Below, one piece after another: positions 1-9,528 of a stretch of 34,718 bases of DNA. This stretch comes from Myxococcales bacterium (GTDB lineage: Bacteria; Myxococcota; Myxococcia; Myxococcales; Anaeromyxobacteraceae): assembly GCA_038320275.1 (NCBI GenBank), contig JBBQEB010000019.1, positions 1 to 34,718 of the forward strand, written 5' to 3'. The notes beneath the pieces are model-generated. The model made no database searches and had not been told where the DNA came from. It was given only the letters and a program-made list of their open reading frames with translations. The position numbers and the translations under genes were made by a program. How positions within the stretch are numbered: the stretch's first letter is position 1; every line of letters starts with the position of its first letter.

Positions 1-90
1 GGTCGGGGTCGCGGTCGGGATCGAGGTCGAGGTCGGGATCGGGGTCGAGGTCGAGGTGGAAATCGGTGTCGAAGTCGAGGTCGATGTCGC
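1..90 (-). repeat. Degenerate hexamer tandem repeat (GGTCGA/GGTCGG-type on + strand) encoding Thr-Ser/Thr-Pro dipeptides
   Basis: Directly visible: ggtcggggtcgcggtcgggatcgaggtcgaggtcgggatcggggtcgaggtcgagg. Confidence 0.85.
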
Positions 91-222
91 CACCCCGTGC
101 GGGCTCCCGTGCTCTCCCGGTGCGGGGAGTACCGGCACCTCCACCTTCGGCGGTTCGGGCGCGAGCGGCGCGGCTGGAGCGGCCGTGGCGAGGAGGAGGG
201 CTGCGAGGAGGCCGCTAACCAT
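1..222 (-). CDS. Secreted/membrane-anchored protein with T/S/P-rich linker, N-terminal part only (runs off window); follows fliI
   Basis: Not in ORF track. Manual translation from ATG at 222: MVSGLLAALLLATAAPAAPLAPEPPKVEVPVLPAPGEHGSPHGVATSTSTSTPISTSTSTPIPTSTSIPTATPT. Hydrophobic signal-like N-terminus; start overlaps fliI stop by 8 nt. Confidence 0.75.
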   Translation of the reverse strand, partial: MVSGLLAALLLATAAPAAPLAPEPPKVEVPVLPAPGEHGSPHGVATSTSTSTPISTSTSTPIPTSTSIPTATPT

Positions 223-1546
223 GCTGTGCCTCGGGGAGGTGGAGCGCGCGGCGCAGGGCGGCGAGCGTGTCGGGGAGGGGCGAGCGCTCGTTGGGTTCCT
301 GGCGGAACACCCGCTGAAGCCCCTCGATGCAGAGCAGGGCACGGTCGATGCGGGCGTTGGAGCCGGCGGCGTACGCGCCCACTTCCACCAGGTCGGCGGC
401 CTCCCGGTAGGTGGCGAGGACCTCGCGCGCGCTGCGCGCCACCTCGAGGTGGGCGCTCCCCACCACGTCGCTCATGACGCGCGAGATGCTGGCGAGGACG
501 TCCACCGCGGGGAAATGGCCCGCCTCGGCGAGCTTGCGCGAGAGCACGATGTGGCCGTCCAGGGTGGCCTTGGCGGCGTCCACGATGGGGTCCGTCTGGT
601 CGTCGCCCTCCGCCAGGACGGTGTAGAAGGCTGTGATGCTCCCGGGCCCGGAGTCGTTTCCCGCGCGCTCCACCAGGCGGGGCAGCAGCGCGAAGGCCGA
701 GGGCGGGTAGCCCTTGGTGGTGGGCGGCTCGCCCGCGGCGAGCCCGATCTCCCGCTGCGCCTGCGCGACGCGCGAGAGCGAGTCGACGAGCAGGAGCACG
801 CGCTTTCCCTCCCCGCGGAAGTACTCGGCGATGGAGGTCGCCGCCATGGCGGCGCGCACGCGCTTCAGGGGCGACTCGTCGCTGGTGGCGATGACCACTA
901 CCGCGCGCGCGAGCCCAGGCCCGAGGTCGCGCTCGATGAAGTCGCGCACCTCGCGGCCGCGCTCGCCGACCAACCCGACCACCACCACGTCCGCGTCCGC
1001 GGAGCGGGCCAGCATGCCCAGCAGAACGCTCTTTCCCACGCCCGGGCCCGCCATCACCGCGAGCCTCTGCCCCTCGCCGACGGTGAGGCAGGCGTCGATG
1101 GAGCGGATGCCCACCGCGATGGGGCGAGTCACCCGCCTCCGCTCCATGGCGAGGGGAGGCGTCGCGTGGAGCCGGGCCCTGCCGCGCAGCAGGGGCAAAG
1201 GGCCCCCGTCCATGGGCTTGAGCGCCGCGTCCACCACCCTGCCCAGGAGAGCGTCGCCCACCGCGATGCGGTCCGCACTGGCGCGCGGGATCACCCGGCA
1301 GCCCTCGCCGATGCCCTGGATGTCCCCGAGCGGCATCAGCCGCGCGGTCTGCCCGAAGAAGCCCACCACTTCCGCCATGACCGAGACTCCGTCCGGCGCC
1401 CGGATCTCACAGGTGGTCCCCACCGCGACCCGAGGCAGCGCGGCCTCGACCACCAGGCCGGTGGCGCGGACCACCGTTCCGGTGAGCGGAAGCGGGTCGG
1501 CCTCTGCGATGGCGCGCGCCACGGCCTCGAGGGGGAGGACGCTCAC
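215..1546 (-). CDS. fliI: Flagellar export ATPase FliI
   Basis: Walker A AGPGVGKS, GERGREV, DSLSRVAQAQREIGLAAGEPPTTKGYPPS, LDGHIVLSR; follows fliH. Confidence 0.95.
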   Translation of the reverse strand: MSVLPLEAVARAIAEADPLPLTGTVVRATGLVVEAALPRVAVGTTCEIRAPDGVSVMAEVVGFFGQTARLMPLGDIQGIGEGCRVIPRASADRIAVGDALLGRVVDAALKPMDGGPLPLLRGRARLHATPPLAMERRRVTRPIAVGIRSIDACLTVGEGQRLAVMAGPGVGKSVLLGMLARSADADVVVVGLVGERGREVRDFIERDLGPGLARAVVVIATSDESPLKRVRAAMAATSIAEYFRGEGKRVLLLVDSLSRVAQAQREIGLAAGEPPTTKGYPPSAFALLPRLVERAGNDSGPGSITAFYTVLAEGDDQTDPIVDAAKATLDGHIVLSRKLAEAGHFPAVDVLASISRVMSDVVGSAHLEVARSAREVLATYREAADLVEVGAYAAGSNARIDRALLCIEGLQRVFRQEPNERSPLPDTLAALRRALHLPEAQHG

Positions 1547-2178
1547 GCGGCTTCCTCCTCGCCGGAGACTCCATCGACGGCGCGGCGGATCTCGGAGAGG
1601 CGGGTGGAAAGCCTGCCATCCACCTGGCCGAAGTCGGTATCCACCACGCAGTCGCCGCTGCTCAGCCCCGGGTCGGCCACGATCTCGATCCGCGCCGCGG
1701 TGACGCCCTCCAGCGCGGCCTTGCCCACCTCCGACTGCAGGGCCGCAGCGTCGTCCGGGGCGAGCCGGATCGCCACGCGCCGGGAGTCGCCCGCCCGGCG
1801 CACCGCCGAGCGCACCAGCGCGAAGAGGGCCTCCGGGCTCTGGCGGATCTCGATCTCCAGGATCTTGCGCGCCACCTGGAACGCGATCTCGATGGCGTCG
1901 GCGCGGGCGCCCTCCGCCAGGCGGTCGGCCTGCGCGCGCAGCATCTCGACCGCAGCGTCCACCCGGTCGAGCGCGTCCCGGCGGATGGCCTCCAGATCGG
2001 CAGCGGACACCGAGGGCGCGCTGGGCGCCTCGGGAGCGGCAGCGTGGGCGAGGGAGCGCGGGACCGGGCCCGGCAGCACCCCGCGCTGCGAGGCGGGCGC
2101 GAAGCGGGCCGGGACCGCCACGGGCACGTCGGGGACCCCGGAGAGGAAGTGGGGCTTGCGGGCTGGGGAGGGCGCCAT
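1543..2178 (-). CDS. fliH: Flagellar assembly protein FliH
   Basis: Between fliG and fliI; C-terminal DPGLSSGDCVVDTDFGQVDGRL typical of FliH/YscL. Confidence 0.88.
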   Translation of the reverse strand: MAPSPARKPHFLSGVPDVPVAVPARFAPASQRGVLPGPVPRSLAHAAAPEAPSAPSVSAADLEAIRRDALDRVDAAVEMLRAQADRLAEGARADAIEIAFQVARKILEIEIRQSPEALFALVRSAVRRAGDSRRVAIRLAPDDAAALQSEVGKAALEGVTAARIEIVADPGLSSGDCVVDTDFGQVDGRLSTRLSEIRRAVDGVSGEEEAA

Positions 2179-2180
2179 GG

Positions 2181-3200
2181 CTACACCATCGCCTCGCCGG
2201 TTCCGGCGATGGTGATGCGGCCGGCCTGCGCGATCTCCAGCGTGAGCTTGGCGATGTCGCTCTGTGCGGTCTCGACGGTGGAGAGCTTCACCGGCCCCAT
2301 CGCGAGCAGGTCGTCCTCCAGCATCTCGGCCGCGCGGCTCGACAGGTTGGCGAGCAGCTTCGTCTTGAGCTCCGGCGTGGCGCCCTTCAGCGCCACCGCG
2401 AGCTTGCTCGTGTCGATCTCCCGCAGGAGCGTCTGCAGGTCGCGGTCGCCCAGCCGGCGCAGGTCGTCGAAGGTGAAGAGCCTGCCGCGCAGCTCGCCCG
2501 CGAGCGCCGCGCTGTCCTTCTCGATCTCGGAGATGACCTCGCCCTGCTGGGCGGCGGTGCAGCGGCGGAGGATCTCGAGGGCGACCGCCTTGCCATTCAC
2601 CTTCTTCATGCCCCCGGCCACCAGCGACTTCAGCTCGGTGTTGAGCGCCGAGCAGATCTCCCGGAGCACCTCCGGCGCCACCGAGTCGATGACCGCCATG
2701 CGGCGCAGAATGTCCGGGCGCGCCCTCTCGGGCATGTGGTCGATGACGGCGGCGGCGCGCGCGGCGTCCACCGAGGAGAGGACCAGCGCGACCGTCTGCG
2801 GCGACTCGTGGGCGAGCACCATGGCGAGGGCCTCCGGCTCCGCCTGGGCCACCGGTCCGAGCGTTTCGTCCGCTTCGGGCGCGTTCCCGTCGTGGCCGAA
2901 AGCCCGGGCGGCCATGTCGGAGCCAAGCGCCTTCACCGCGGCCTCGCGCAACACCCGGTCGGAGAGGATGGGGTCGGAGCCTTCCATGGCGTCCACGAAG
3001 AGCTGCAGCGCGTCGGGGACGGTGTTGGGCGGCCCCTTCCGCAGGACCTTCGCGCCCTGCGCCACCAGCCGGAGCTCGGGCTCGCCGAGCTGCTTGAACA
3101 GGGCGCCGGCGGCCTCCGGCCCGAGGCCGAGGAGCAGGGCGGCCGCGCGGGTGGAGCCGGGTCCGGCGGGCGAGGCGGTCGGTGCGGCGAGCTCAGGCAT
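2181..3200 (-). CDS. fliG: Flagellar motor switch protein FliG
   Basis: N-terminal RAAALLLGLGPE, ESPQTVALVLS (EHPQ-like), LFTFDDL, SRAAEMLEDDLLAMGPVKL. Confidence 0.95.
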   Translation of the reverse strand: MPELAAPTASPAGPGSTRAAALLLGLGPEAAGALFKQLGEPELRLVAQGAKVLRKGPPNTVPDALQLFVDAMEGSDPILSDRVLREAAVKALGSDMAARAFGHDGNAPEADETLGPVAQAEPEALAMVLAHESPQTVALVLSSVDAARAAAVIDHMPERARPDILRRMAVIDSVAPEVLREICSALNTELKSLVAGGMKKVNGKAVALEILRRCTAAQQGEVISEIEKDSAALAGELRGRLFTFDDLRRLGDRDLQTLLREIDTSKLAVALKGATPELKTKLLANLSSRAAEMLEDDLLAMGPVKLSTVETAQSDIAKLTLEIAQAGRITIAGTGEAMV

Positions 3201-4758
3201 GGGGGCTTCCCTCGTTCATCCAGGCTTTGAGGACGTGGGCTGCGCGGGCGGGGTCCTTCGCCGCGAGAGCTTTGGCCCGCTCGCGCAGCTCCTCACGCGG
3301 GTCGGCGAAGGCCGGCTGGTGGACGCCTGGGAGCCCAGGGGCTCCTCCGGCGGTGCCCGCCTCGATCTCCGAGACGCGGGCTCCCGGGACGAGCGTGGGC
3401 CCGCCGCTGGGCGCCGCGCGGCGGCGGCCCAGCGCGAGCGCCACCAGCGCGAGCAGCAGGATCACGCCGACACCGCCCGCGATGAGCCAGGCCTTGGGCG
3501 GGAGCTTCCCGGCGGCGGCTGCCGCGGGCGTTCCGGCCCCGGGGTCCTCCGCGTGCACGAACGGAGCGCTGGAGATGTCGAGCTCGTCGCCGCGGGCGGC
3601 GTCGAAGCCGACGGCTCGCTTGGCGAGCTCACCCAGCCGCGCCACCTCGGCCTCGGGGCGAGGCTTGCCGCTTGCGCCGTCGAGGAGCACCGCCACCGAG
3701 AGCCGCTTCAGGCGCGGCATGCGCTGCACGGTGGTGGTGGTGGTGCGCGAGACGTCGTAGTTGCGCGTCTCGTCCTGCATGTTCGAGGACCCGCGGTTCT
3801 GTGTGCCCTGCGAGGCGACCTGCGGCTGCAGCGGCTGGTTCGCGGCGGCCCCGGCGATGCCGCCCGCGGCGGTCGCGTCCTGGCTCTGCGACTGGGAGAC
3901 CCGGCGCTCGCTGCGGACGGCGGTCGCGTCGGGATCGACGCTCTCGGCCGCGGTGCTGACCTCGGACGAGTCGACGTTGGCGGTGATGCGGGCCACCACC
4001 GCGCCCGGGCCAACCGCCTGCTCGAGGAGGTCCACCACGCGCCGCTCGAGATCGTGCTCCAGCTTTCGCTGCCAGGCGCTCGCCTCGCCCCAAGGCGTGT
4101 CGGTGGAGAGCACGCTCCCCTTGCCATCGACCAGGGTGACGTTGCTGGCCGAGAGCCCCGGGACGGCCGAGGCGACCAGGTGGCGGATGCCGGCCACCTC
4201 GCGGTCCTCCAGCGCGCGGCCGGGCTGAAGGTTCACCACCACCGCCGCCGAAGCCTTCTTGTCGTCGTCGCGGAAGAGCCCCTTCTCCGACATCGTGAGG
4301 TGGACGCGAGCCGAGCGGACCGGGCCGAGCCGCGAGATGGTGCGTGCGAGCTCGCCCTCGGTGGCGCGCCGGAGGTTCACCTTCTGGGTGAACTCGGAGA
4401 CGCCGAGATCGCCACGGTCGAACAGCTCGAAGCCCACGCCAGCGCCGCGGGGCAGGCCGGCTGCCGCCAGCAGGAGCCGCGCGTCGTAAACCTTGGCTGC
4501 CGGCACGGCCAGGGCGGAGCCGTTGGCCTCGACCCGGAACGGCACCCCCGCCGCCTTGAGCTGCGCGGCGGCCTCGCCGGAGTCCTCGGCGGTGAGGTTC
4601 GTGAAGGCGTACTGCCAGCCGTCGGAGGACTGCATGGAGAGGGCGGCGCCGCCCGCGATGGCGCCCAGCACCACCACCAGGAGGAGCGCCTTCACCGCGG
4701 CCGGCAAGGCGCCGAGGCGGGAGGGGAGCTCGCGGAGCTGCTTCAGGAGAGGTTCCAT
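3193..4758 (-). CDS. fliF: Flagellar MS-ring protein FliF
   Basis: Two hydrophobic segments; GFELFD, SEFTQKVNLRRATEGELARTI, SARVHL, ASAAVVV, RLSVAVLLDG, VGFDAARGD. Confidence 0.95.
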   Translation of the reverse strand: MEPLLKQLRELPSRLGALPAAVKALLLVVVLGAIAGGAALSMQSSDGWQYAFTNLTAEDSGEAAAQLKAAGVPFRVEANGSALAVPAAKVYDARLLLAAAGLPRGAGVGFELFDRGDLGVSEFTQKVNLRRATEGELARTISRLGPVRSARVHLTMSEKGLFRDDDKKASAAVVVNLQPGRALEDREVAGIRHLVASAVPGLSASNVTLVDGKGSVLSTDTPWGEASAWQRKLEHDLERRVVDLLEQAVGPGAVVARITANVDSSEVSTAAESVDPDATAVRSERRVSQSQSQDATAAGGIAGAAANQPLQPQVASQGTQNRGSSNMQDETRNYDVSRTTTTTVQRMPRLKRLSVAVLLDGASGKPRPEAEVARLGELAKRAVGFDAARGDELDISSAPFVHAEDPGAGTPAAAAAGKLPPKAWLIAGGVGVILLLALVALALGRRRAAPSGGPTLVPGARVSEIEAGTAGGAPGLPGVHQPAFADPREELRERAKALAAKDPARAAHVLKAWMNEGSPHA

Positions 4759-4787
4759 GGATCAGGCCTCGCGCCCCGGCCGCGTCA

Positions 4788-5096
4788 TCAGATGCCCATC
4801 CGCATGACGTCCTGGTACGCCTCGACGAGCTTGTTGCGGACCTTCACCGACAGCTTCATCGCCACGTCGGCCTTCTCGAGAGCGAGGGCAGTCTCGTGCA
4901 AATTGCCCTTGCCCATGGCGACGTCCTCCACCTGCTTGTCGGCGTCGGTCTGCAGCCGGTCGACCTGTCCGATGGCCTTCCCGAGCGCGTCGGCAAAGGA
5001 CCCGCCGGCGCCCTCCTCGCCGATGGCGGACGGGCCGGCGCGGTCGAGGCCGGTGGTGGGACGGGTGAGCGCGGCGGGAATGGTGATGGGGGCCAT
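4788..5096 (-). CDS. fliE: Flagellar hook-basal body protein FliE
   Basis: SFADALGKAI and C-terminal VKVRNKLVEAYQDVMRMGI. Confidence 0.95.
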   Translation of the reverse strand: MAPITIPAALTRPTTGLDRAGPSAIGEEGAGGSFADALGKAIGQVDRLQTDADKQVEDVAMGKGNLHETALALEKADVAMKLSVKVRNKLVEAYQDVMRMGI

Positions 5097-5098
5097 CG

Positions 5099-5524
5099 CT
5101 ACCTCGTGATGTCGAGGGCCCGCTGGGCCATCGTCTTGAGAGTGTCGACCGCGGTGGCGTTGGCGTCGTACGCGCGGGAGGCCGACATGAGGTTCACGAC
5201 CTCGTGGATGGGGTTCACGTTGGGTAACGTCACGAATCCCGAGCCGTCGGCGTCCGGATGCGATGGGTCGTAAACGCGGCGCCCAGGCGTCGCGTCCTGG
5301 GCCACCCGGGACACGCGCACGCTCATGGGCGAGGCCCCGCCCGCCTGGGCGAGCTGGTCGCCGAAGGGCACCGCCTCCATCACCGGGTCGAGCCGCTTGT
5401 AGGGCTTGCCGTCGGGGCCGCGCGTCGACTCCGCGTTGGCGAGGTTGGAGGAGGCGAGGTTCACTCGCGTGCGCTCGGCGGAGAGGCCGGAGGAGCTGAT
5501 GCGGAGGGCGGAGAGGAAGTCCAT
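5099..5524 (-). CDS. flgC: Flagellar basal-body rod protein FlgC
   Basis: Start re-set to ATG 5524 (GAGG upstream): MDFLSALRISSSGLSAERTRVNLASSNLANAES...YDPSHPDADGSGFVTLPNVN...ASRAYDAN. Confidence 0.95.
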   Translation of the reverse strand: MDFLSALRISSSGLSAERTRVNLASSNLANAESTRGPDGKPYKRLDPVMEAVPFGDQLAQAGGASPMSVRVSRVAQDATPGRRVYDPSHPDADGSGFVTLPNVNPIHEVVNLMSASRAYDANATAVDTLKTMAQRALDITR

Positions 5525-5538
5525 GTCGACCTCAAGTG

Positions 5539-5991
5539 CTAGGCGGTGCCGTCGGAGGCGGCGTAGCGGAGGATGGCGAGCTTCTTCTGGGCGGAGCGGG
5601 CCGCGGCCCCGTACTGGATGGCGTTCTCCGCCACCGCGGTGAGGGCGCGGTCGACGTCCACCGCGTTGCCGTCGAGCCCGGCGCCGTCGGCGGACTGGGT
5701 GATCACCGGCGAGCCCGGCGCGCCCGGGAGATCGCCCGGCGTCCCCAGCGGGATGTCGCGGGAGAGCTCGCCCGCGCCGTGCCCCGCCGAGGAGAGGAAC
5801 ACCGGAGAGGCCGGCGAGCGCGCCTCCGAGGCGGCCGCGCTCGCCCGCATGGCGGCGGCGAAGTCCACCTCGCGCGGCACGAAGCCGGGCGTGTTGGCGT
5901 TGGCGAGGTTCCCGGCCAGCACGTTGTGGCGAAGCAGCCGCGCGTCGAGCGCGTGCTCCAGCGTGCCCAGGGTGGAATCGAAGATCTTCAC
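5539..5991 (-). CDS. flgB: Flagellar basal-body rod protein FlgB
   Basis: GTG 5991 overlapping upstream [27 protein letters not shown] and DGNAVDVD. Confidence 0.93.
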   Translation of the reverse strand: MKIFDSTLGTLEHALDARLLRHNVLAGNLANANTPGFVPREVDFAAAMRASAAASEARSPASPVFLSSAGHGAGELSRDIPLGTPGDLPGAPGSPVITQSADGAGLDGNAVDVDRALTAVAENAIQYGAAARSAQKKLAILRYAASDGTA

Positions 5992-7160
5992 GAGCCCTCC
6001 TCTTGCGAGGTCCATGCCCGCGGCAACGCGGCCGAGATCGCCAGGGCACTTCCAGCACCCTGGGCGAGCGCGCCGGGCGAAGGTTGCCCGGCTGCAGGAT
6101 CGGCCGCTTCCACATCCGCGCCGCTCTCCCGCCATGCGCGCAGCTTGTTGCGCAAGGTGCGCAGGCCGATGCCGAGCAGGCGCGCGGCGTGGGTGCGATT
6201 GCCGCTCACCCGCCGCAGGGCCTCCGCGACGGCGAGCCGCTCCAGCGCACCGAGGTCGAGAGGGAGCGAGGAGGGGAACCCGCCTGCGGGCGTCGCGGGG
6301 AGCGCCGGGGTGGGCAGCCGACTCACCTCTCCCGTAGGCCCGCCCATCGCGACCAGCGAGGGGCCGCGCCCGAGTCGGAGGTGGGCCGCGGTGAGGAGCG
6401 GCCCCGGACAGCGCACCATGGCGCGCTCGAGGACGTTGCGCAGCTCGCGCACGTTGCCGGGAAAGGCGTGGTCGCGGAGGAGCGCCGCCGCGGCGGGGTC
6501 GAGCAGCGGGGGTGCGCGCCCGAGCCCGCGCGCGGCGTCGGCGAGGAGCGCCTGGGTGAGCGCGGGCAGGTCCTCGGCTCGGGCGCGGAGGGGCGGCAGC
6601 ACGATGGGGAACACGTCCAGCCGGTAGTAGAGGTCGGAGCGGAACCCTCCCTGGCGCACCATCTCGGCGAGGTCGCGGTTGGTGGTCGCCACCACCCGGA
6701 CGTCGAGCGCCACCGCGCCCCGACCGCCCACGCGATCGACCTCCCGCTCCTGCAGGACCCGCAGGAGCTTCGCCTGCAGCGCGAGCGGCAGCTCGGAGAT
6801 CTCGTCGAGGAGGATGGTGCCGCGCTGCGCCTGCTCGAAGCGGCCGGTGCGGCGCTCCGAGGCGCCGGTGAAGGCTCCCCGCTCGTGGCCGAAGAGCTCG
6901 CTCTCCAGCAATTCCGCCGGGAGCGCCGCGCAGTTCACCGCGACATAGGGGCCCGGCCGGCCCGAGCGCGCGTGCAGGAGCCGGGCGATGAGCTCCTTGC
7001 CGGTGCCGCTCTCGCCGAGGAGCAGGACGGTCGTCCGCGTGGGCGCCACGTCGAGGGCCGCCTCGACGACCTCGCGCATGGCGGCGCTCACCGCGATGGG
7101 CTCCGGCCCTGAGAGCGGTGCGGGGGTGGAGACTGCGGTCGCGGTTGCGGAGAGGTTCAT
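5988..7160 (-). CDS. Sigma54 enhancer-binding protein, FleR/FlrC/FlbD-like, lacking receiver domain
   Basis: [49 protein letters not shown]+ begins after about 20 residues. Confidence 0.9.
   Translation of the reverse strand: MNLSATATAVSTPAPLSGPEPIAVSAAMREVVEAALDVAPTRTTVLLLGESGTGKELIARLLHARSGRPGPYVAVNCAALPAELLESELFGHERGAFTGASERRTGRFEQAQRGTILLDEISELPLALQAKLLRVLQEREVDRVGGRGAVALDVRVVATTNRDLAEMVRQGGFRSDLYYRLDVFPIVLPPLRARAEDLPALTQALLADAARGLGRAPPLLDPAAAALLRDHAFPGNVRELRNVLERAMVRCPGPLLTAAHLRLGRGPSLVAMGGPTGEVSRLPTPALPATPAGGFPSSLPLDLGALERLAVAEALRRVSGNRTHAARLLGIGLRTLRNKLRAWRESGADVEAADPAAGQPSPGALAQGAGSALAISAALPRAWTSQEEGS
6003..6019 (-). promoter_or_regulatory. Putative sigma54 -24/-12 promoter for flgB
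   Basis: Minus strand GGGCATGGACCTCGCAA: GG-N10-GC spacing, close to TGGCACG-N4-TTGCW. Confidence 0.6.
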
Positions 7161-8401
7161 GGCCGGCCTCCTGAGGTCGGGTCTTTCGGCGCGGAGAGCG
7201 CGCGGCGAGCGTCAGCGAGGAGTGCCTCCGCCTCGCGGGTGTCGAGCGCCGCCGGGGGCGCGCCGATGGAGCCGCCCCCCTGGGCGGGCCTCCGGCCCAC
7301 CGCGCGGGTCACCTTCACCCAGCGTGGCGAGGCGAGGGCGGTGCGGGAAGAGCGGGCTCGGGCGAACTCGAGCACCACGCCCGCCCGGACGCGGTCGTCG
7401 GCTTCGAGGTACAGCTCGGCCGTTCGCAGCAGGTGCTCCGGGAGGGCCGCGTGGGGCACCCGCCCCGCGGCCGCGGCGAGGACGTTCGCGGCGAACGCGG
7501 GCGCTCCAGCGGCCTGGGCCGCGTCCGCCGCTGCCACGTCGAGCTCGTATGCACGCGAGCCACCGCCGCGATCCGGCAGCGCCATCCAGTACGCCAGCGC
7601 CTCGGTGCGCTCCTCCGCGCGGGGGGAGCGCAGCGCCGCGAGCAGGACCCTCCGGCAGGTGGCTGGCGCGCCGGAGCAGGCCCGCCTGCCGGCGGGGCCG
7701 GCGAGAAGCTCACGGGCGCCCTCCAGCGGACGGTCCATGAAGGCGAGGGCCCTGGCGCGGCGGAGGGTCAGCTCCCGGGCGGCGTCCGGGTTGGCATCGC
7801 CGGGCTCGTACACCGTGTCGAGGCCGCTCGTCTCCAGGCATTCCCAGGACAGCTCGCACAGCCGCGCGCTGGCGAGCCGGCCATACGGGCCGCCGCGCAC
7901 CTGCGCCCAGGCGGCTCCGGCCGCGCGCAGATCGCCCTCGGCGGCCGCGAAATCCCCGCGCACCAGCGCGTCGAGGCTCGCCTCGGCACCCGCGACAGGC
8001 GAGTGCTCCACGAGCGGCGGCGCGTCCTCGCCCGCCCACGGGAGACCCTTCACCTCGCGAAGCTGGAGGAGAGTGCCGTCGGACGGGTGGAGCAGGCGCG
8101 CCACGATCCTGCGCGAGCGGCATCCCAGCCTCACCTCGCCCGCGCCCTCGGCGACCGTGGGGCAGATCGCGAGCGGCGCCCGCCGCAGGGCGCGGGCCAC
8201 CGTGGCGGCTCCGCGGCCGGGCACCTCGATCACCACCGTCGCCCCGAGCGACTCCACCCGCAGCCCGACCTTGCCCGTGACGGCGGGGAGGAGCGCGTGC
8301 TCGATGGCCTCGCCGTCCCCCAGGGTGGAGGCGGCGGCGGCCGGGGCCGCGAGCGACAGCAGGAGCAGGGCGAGCGCGCGCAAGGGAGCGGGGCCGGTCA
8401 A
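7157..8401 (-). CDS. Exported protein of unknown function with helical/TPR-like C-terminal half
   Basis: Likely TTG start at 8401 overlapping upstream TGA (alternative TTG 8383); signal peptide [18 protein letters not shown]; six Cys in three local pairs; stop overlaps next ATG. Confidence 0.7.
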   Translation of the reverse strand: MTGPAPLRALALLLLSLAAPAAAASTLGDGEAIEHALLPAVTGKVGLRVESLGATVVIEVPGRGAATVARALRRAPLAICPTVAEGAGEVRLGCRSRRIVARLLHPSDGTLLQLREVKGLPWAGEDAPPLVEHSPVAGAEASLDALVRGDFAAAEGDLRAAGAAWAQVRGGPYGRLASARLCELSWECLETSGLDTVYEPGDANPDAARELTLRRARALAFMDRPLEGARELLAGPAGRRACSGAPATCRRVLLAALRSPRAEERTEALAYWMALPDRGGGSRAYELDVAAADAAQAAGAPAFAANVLAAAAGRVPHAALPEHLLRTAELYLEADDRVRAGVVLEFARARSSRTALASPRWVKVTRAVGRRPAQGGGSIGAPPAALDTREAEALLADARRALSAPKDPTSGGRP

Positions 8402-9480
8402 GCGGTGGCGACGAGATCGCGGTTCCGGCGGCGGAGCTTCTCGACGAGCGTCGTGCGCTGGAGGCCGAGGAGGTCGGCCGCGGCCTTCTTGTTGCCTCGG
8501 GTGCGGAGGAGGGCGGCGTCGATGTAGGCGTCCTCCAGCCGCCGGAGCATGCCGGGCAGGTCGACCGGCCTGTCGTCGAGGTCCACGGGGCCCGCGCTGG
8601 GCTGCGGCTCGGGGGTCCGGAAGAGCTGGCGCACCTCGGCGCACTCGTCGACGGGCGGCGCGAGCTCGAGCCGGCGCTCCTCGAACATTTCCGCCCGCCC
8701 GCTCGCCGGACGAAGGTGCTCCGGCAGATCCACCACCCGGATGACCGCCCCCTCGGTGCAGACCGAGACGCGCTCGACCAGGTTCTCCAGCTCGCGCACG
8801 TTGCCGGGCCAGGCGTGCTCCTCGAGGAGAGACAGCACCGCCGGCTCGATGGGCCGGGACTCGCCGCGCGAGAGCCAGAAGTGCGAGAAGAGGTGTGCGA
8901 TGTCGCCGCGGCGGCGGCGCAGCGGCGGGACCTCCACCGGGCAGACGAGGAGCCGGTAGTAGAGGTCGCGGCGGAAGCGGCCGGCGGCCACCTCGGCCTC
9001 CAGGTCCTTGTTCGTCGCCGCGACCAGCCGGAAGTTGGAGGGCACCGACTCGGTGGAGCCGACCGGCTCGTAGGTGCGCTCCTGGAGGACGCGCAGGAGC
9101 TTCACCTGAAGGCTCAGCGGCAGCTCGCCGATCTCGTCGAGGAAGAGAGTGCCGCCTTCGGCGGCGGCGATGCGGCCGCGGCGAGCGGCGACCGCCCCCG
9201 TGAAAGCTCCCTTCACGTGGCCGAACAGCTCGCTCTCCAGCAACGCCTCCGGGATGGCCCCGCAGTTCACCGGGACGAGGGCGCGGCCGGCGCGCGGGCT
9301 GCGCGCGTGGATGAGGCGGGCGAACACCTCCTTGCCCACGCCCGTCTCACCGGTGATGAGGACGGTCGCCTCGCTGGTGGCGATGCGGGCACACGTCCGG
9401 ACGAGGTCCAGGAGAGGTGAGTCCGGCCCGTGCACCAGCGCCGTCGTGCTCGCCTCGTTCCAAGCTGCCGTCACCGCCAT
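8398..9480 (-). CDS. Sigma54 enhancer-binding protein, FleQ/FlrA-like, lacking N-terminal domain
   Basis: GETGVGKE, VPVNCGAIP, GHVKGAFTGA, WPGNVRELENLVER, HTH LGLQRTTLVEKL (FleQ/FlrA-like); GGAGG RBS. Confidence 0.9.
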   Translation of the reverse strand: MAVTAAWNEASTTALVHGPDSPLLDLVRTCARIATSEATVLITGETGVGKEVFARLIHARSPRAGRALVPVNCGAIPEALLESELFGHVKGAFTGAVAARRGRIAAAEGGTLFLDEIGELPLSLQVKLLRVLQERTYEPVGSTESVPSNFRLVAATNKDLEAEVAAGRFRRDLYYRLLVCPVEVPPLRRRRGDIAHLFSHFWLSRGESRPIEPAVLSLLEEHAWPGNVRELENLVERVSVCTEGAVIRVVDLPEHLRPASGRAEMFEERRLELAPPVDECAEVRQLFRTPEPQPSAGPVDLDDRPVDLPGMLRRLEDAYIDAALLRTRGNKKAAADLLGLQRTTLVEKLRRRNRDLVATA

Positions 9481-9512
9481 GTGACCTCCCCGTCAGGTTC
9501 GCGACGGACATG

Positions 9513-9528
9513 AGCAAGCGGGAGGCCA
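9513..9528 (-). promoter_or_regulatory. Putative sigma54 -24/-12 promoter heading the flagellar operon
   Basis: Minus strand TGGCCTCCCGCTTGCT (TGGC...TTGCT, GG-N10-GC), about 33 nt upstream of ATG 9480. Confidence 0.7.

Noticed and set aside
1..90. CRISPR array
   Set aside because: Hexamer coding repeat with no spacers.
215..4758. Non-flagellar type III secretion system
   Set aside because: flgB, flgC, fliE, full-length FliF and FliG are flagellum-specific.
56..5109. Long + strand ORFs (719 aa, 1021 aa) and similar antisense or alternate-frame ORFs throughout the window
   Set aside because: Shadows of real genes in very GC-rich DNA; no recognisable family motifs.
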